Part shown: positions 62,561-64,000 of the stretch, piece by piece | Position numbering within the stretch: position 1 is the first letter of the stretch | Layout of the letters: every line of letters starts with the position of its first letter | NCBI RefSeq assembly: GCF_018350175.1 | Contig: NC_058373.1 | Location: 117,058,001 to 117,122,000 of the forward strand | Origin: Felis catus | Taxonomy: Eukaryota | Reading direction: 5' to 3' | Length of the DNA: 64,000 nt | Program-made: the position numbers and the translations under genes | The notes under the pieces: generated by a model | What the model was told of the DNA's origin: nothing | Databases searched by the model: none | What the model saw: only the letters and a program-made list of their open reading frames with translations

Positions 62561-63130
62561 GTGGGCAGACCTCTTGATACGCATTCCTGAAACATATCCC
62601 ATTACCTTTCCCGGATGAGATTTGCTACCACACGACTTCTCTTTGCACTGGGTAGACCGTGCAACTCCATTTTTGGTGCAAAGATTGGTAGCGTCTCTCC
62701 GAGCTTTGCAAACTTATTTATCTTAGGAATTATTGAGCTTGGCTGCTGTCCACATCATGTAACAATTCTGCTGTCACATTTTCCTCCTTGCTTTCTTTCT
62801 TCCCTCACCCCCAACTTCTCATATTCCTATCTGTGAACAAGAACGCGAAGAAATGAAGACAAGAATACAAACCCATATTTCTCTCACCAATTAAAAATAT
62901 CTTTCCATCTTGTTTTACTATTCAATGAGATCCTTGTCCTCTTTCTATGTCAAAATTAAAACAGCTTCTTTCCTTCCTAGTGTCTTTAAATTTTTTTTCT
63001 TATTGCAGAAATGATTCATGTTTACTATAGACAAAGTTAGAAATTATAGACAAACACAAAGAAGGAAATAAAATGTATAACCTACCTTGCTCACAGAGCT
63101 ATAGTTAACTTTTCAAATTACCTAGTTCCA

Positions 63131-63338
63131 GAGACACCTGGGTGGCTTAGTTGGCTGGGTGTCCGACTTTGGCTCACGTCATGATCTCGCAGTTTGTAGG
63201 TTCGAGCTCCACATTGGGCTCTGTGCTGACACCTCAGAGCCTGGGGCCTGTGTCTCCCTCTCTCTGCCCCTCCCCCGCTCTCCCTCTCCCTCTCACTCAC
63301 TCTCTCTCAAAATTAAATAAACGTTAAAAAATGTTTTT
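63131..63338 (+). mobile_element. Can-SINE
   Basis: Diverged head; imperfect TSD AAAT(T)ACCT(A/T)GTTCCA. Confidence 0.9.
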
Positions 63339-63476
63339 AAATACCTTGTTCCATCCTTTTTTATTTTCCTATGTACATATTTCAACAAAAATGTAGACTT
63401 GTACTTGCTGTTGGAAAACTTCTTTTTACTGACTAGGTTGAGAACGTGTTCCCATGATGGCAGACATTTCTCTAGA

Positions 63477-63915
63477 TCGGGTGTCAACAAACTTTCTTTG
63501 TAAAGGGCCAGATAGTAAAATTTGAGGCCTTGTGGGATGTACTGTTTCTTTTTAAACTACTTAACTTGGGGCTCCTGGGTGGCTCAGTCGGTTAAGCGTC
63601 CGACTTCGGCTCAGGTCACGATCTCGCAGTTTGTGAGTTCGAGCCCTGCGTCGGGCTCTGTGCTGACAGCTCAGAGCCTGGAGCCTGTTTTTCTGATTCT
63701 GTGCCTCCCTCTCTCTGACCCTCCCCTGTTCATGCTCTGTCTCTCTCTGTCTCAAAAATAAATAAACGTTAAAAAAAAAATTAAACTACTTAACTCTGCT
63801 GTTGTATTGTGATATGTAAATGAATGAGTGTTGCTTTGTTCCAATAAAACTTTATTTTCAAATCAGTCGGTTGGCCAGGTTTGACTCATGGCTGGGCCAT
63901 GGTTTGCTTATGCTT
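63477..63915 (+). mobile_element. MER58A-like element interrupted by a Can-SINE
   Basis: GGTGTCAACAAACTTT..TGTAAAGGGCCAGATAGTAAA...GTTCCAATAAAACTTTATTT...GGGCCATGGTTTGC. Confidence 0.82.
63568..63780 (+). mobile_element. Can-SINE nested in MER58
   Basis: TSD TTAAACTACTTAACT on both sides. Confidence 0.96.
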
Positions 63916-64000
63916 GCTCTAGAATACCATTTTTAGTGGCTCAACAGTATTCTACTTTATCAGTGTATCATGATTTACTTAACCAATCAGAATAATAGCT

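Noticed and set aside
43738..64000. Further RGS6 coding exons
   Set aside because: I saw no spliceable segment encoding the expected continuation (IEDIITKMQD..., from memory); the next exon lies beyond the window

Overview
Mammalian genomic DNA from a felid, judged from abundant Can-SINEs with the SINEC_Fc-type head. The window holds the 5' end of RGS6 on the + strand. A CpG-island promoter (~16.6-18.2 kb) carries several candidate non-coding first exons. A ~26 kb first intron follows, then the first coding exon (43634-43737, ATG at 43654, [28 protein letters not shown]), which the ORF track misses, and the start of a long intron 2. The rest is mostly interspersed repeats: about 28 Can-SINEs (many with target-site duplications, TSDs), L1 and L2 fragments, MIR, MaLR/ERV LTRs, MER5/MER58 DNA-transposon relics and microsatellites. 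I found no convincing new biological system. The best leads are 5'-end regulation of RGS6 (alternative donors, two uORFs, a donor-like motif at the start of exon 2), an Arg27 codon where I recall Cys in human, nested and inverted insertions, an unexplained two-copy 16+11 bp motif and a hairpin-dense patch at ~46.4 kb. Repeat family names and orthologue sequences are from recognition and memory, not database searches; boundaries without TSDs are approximate.
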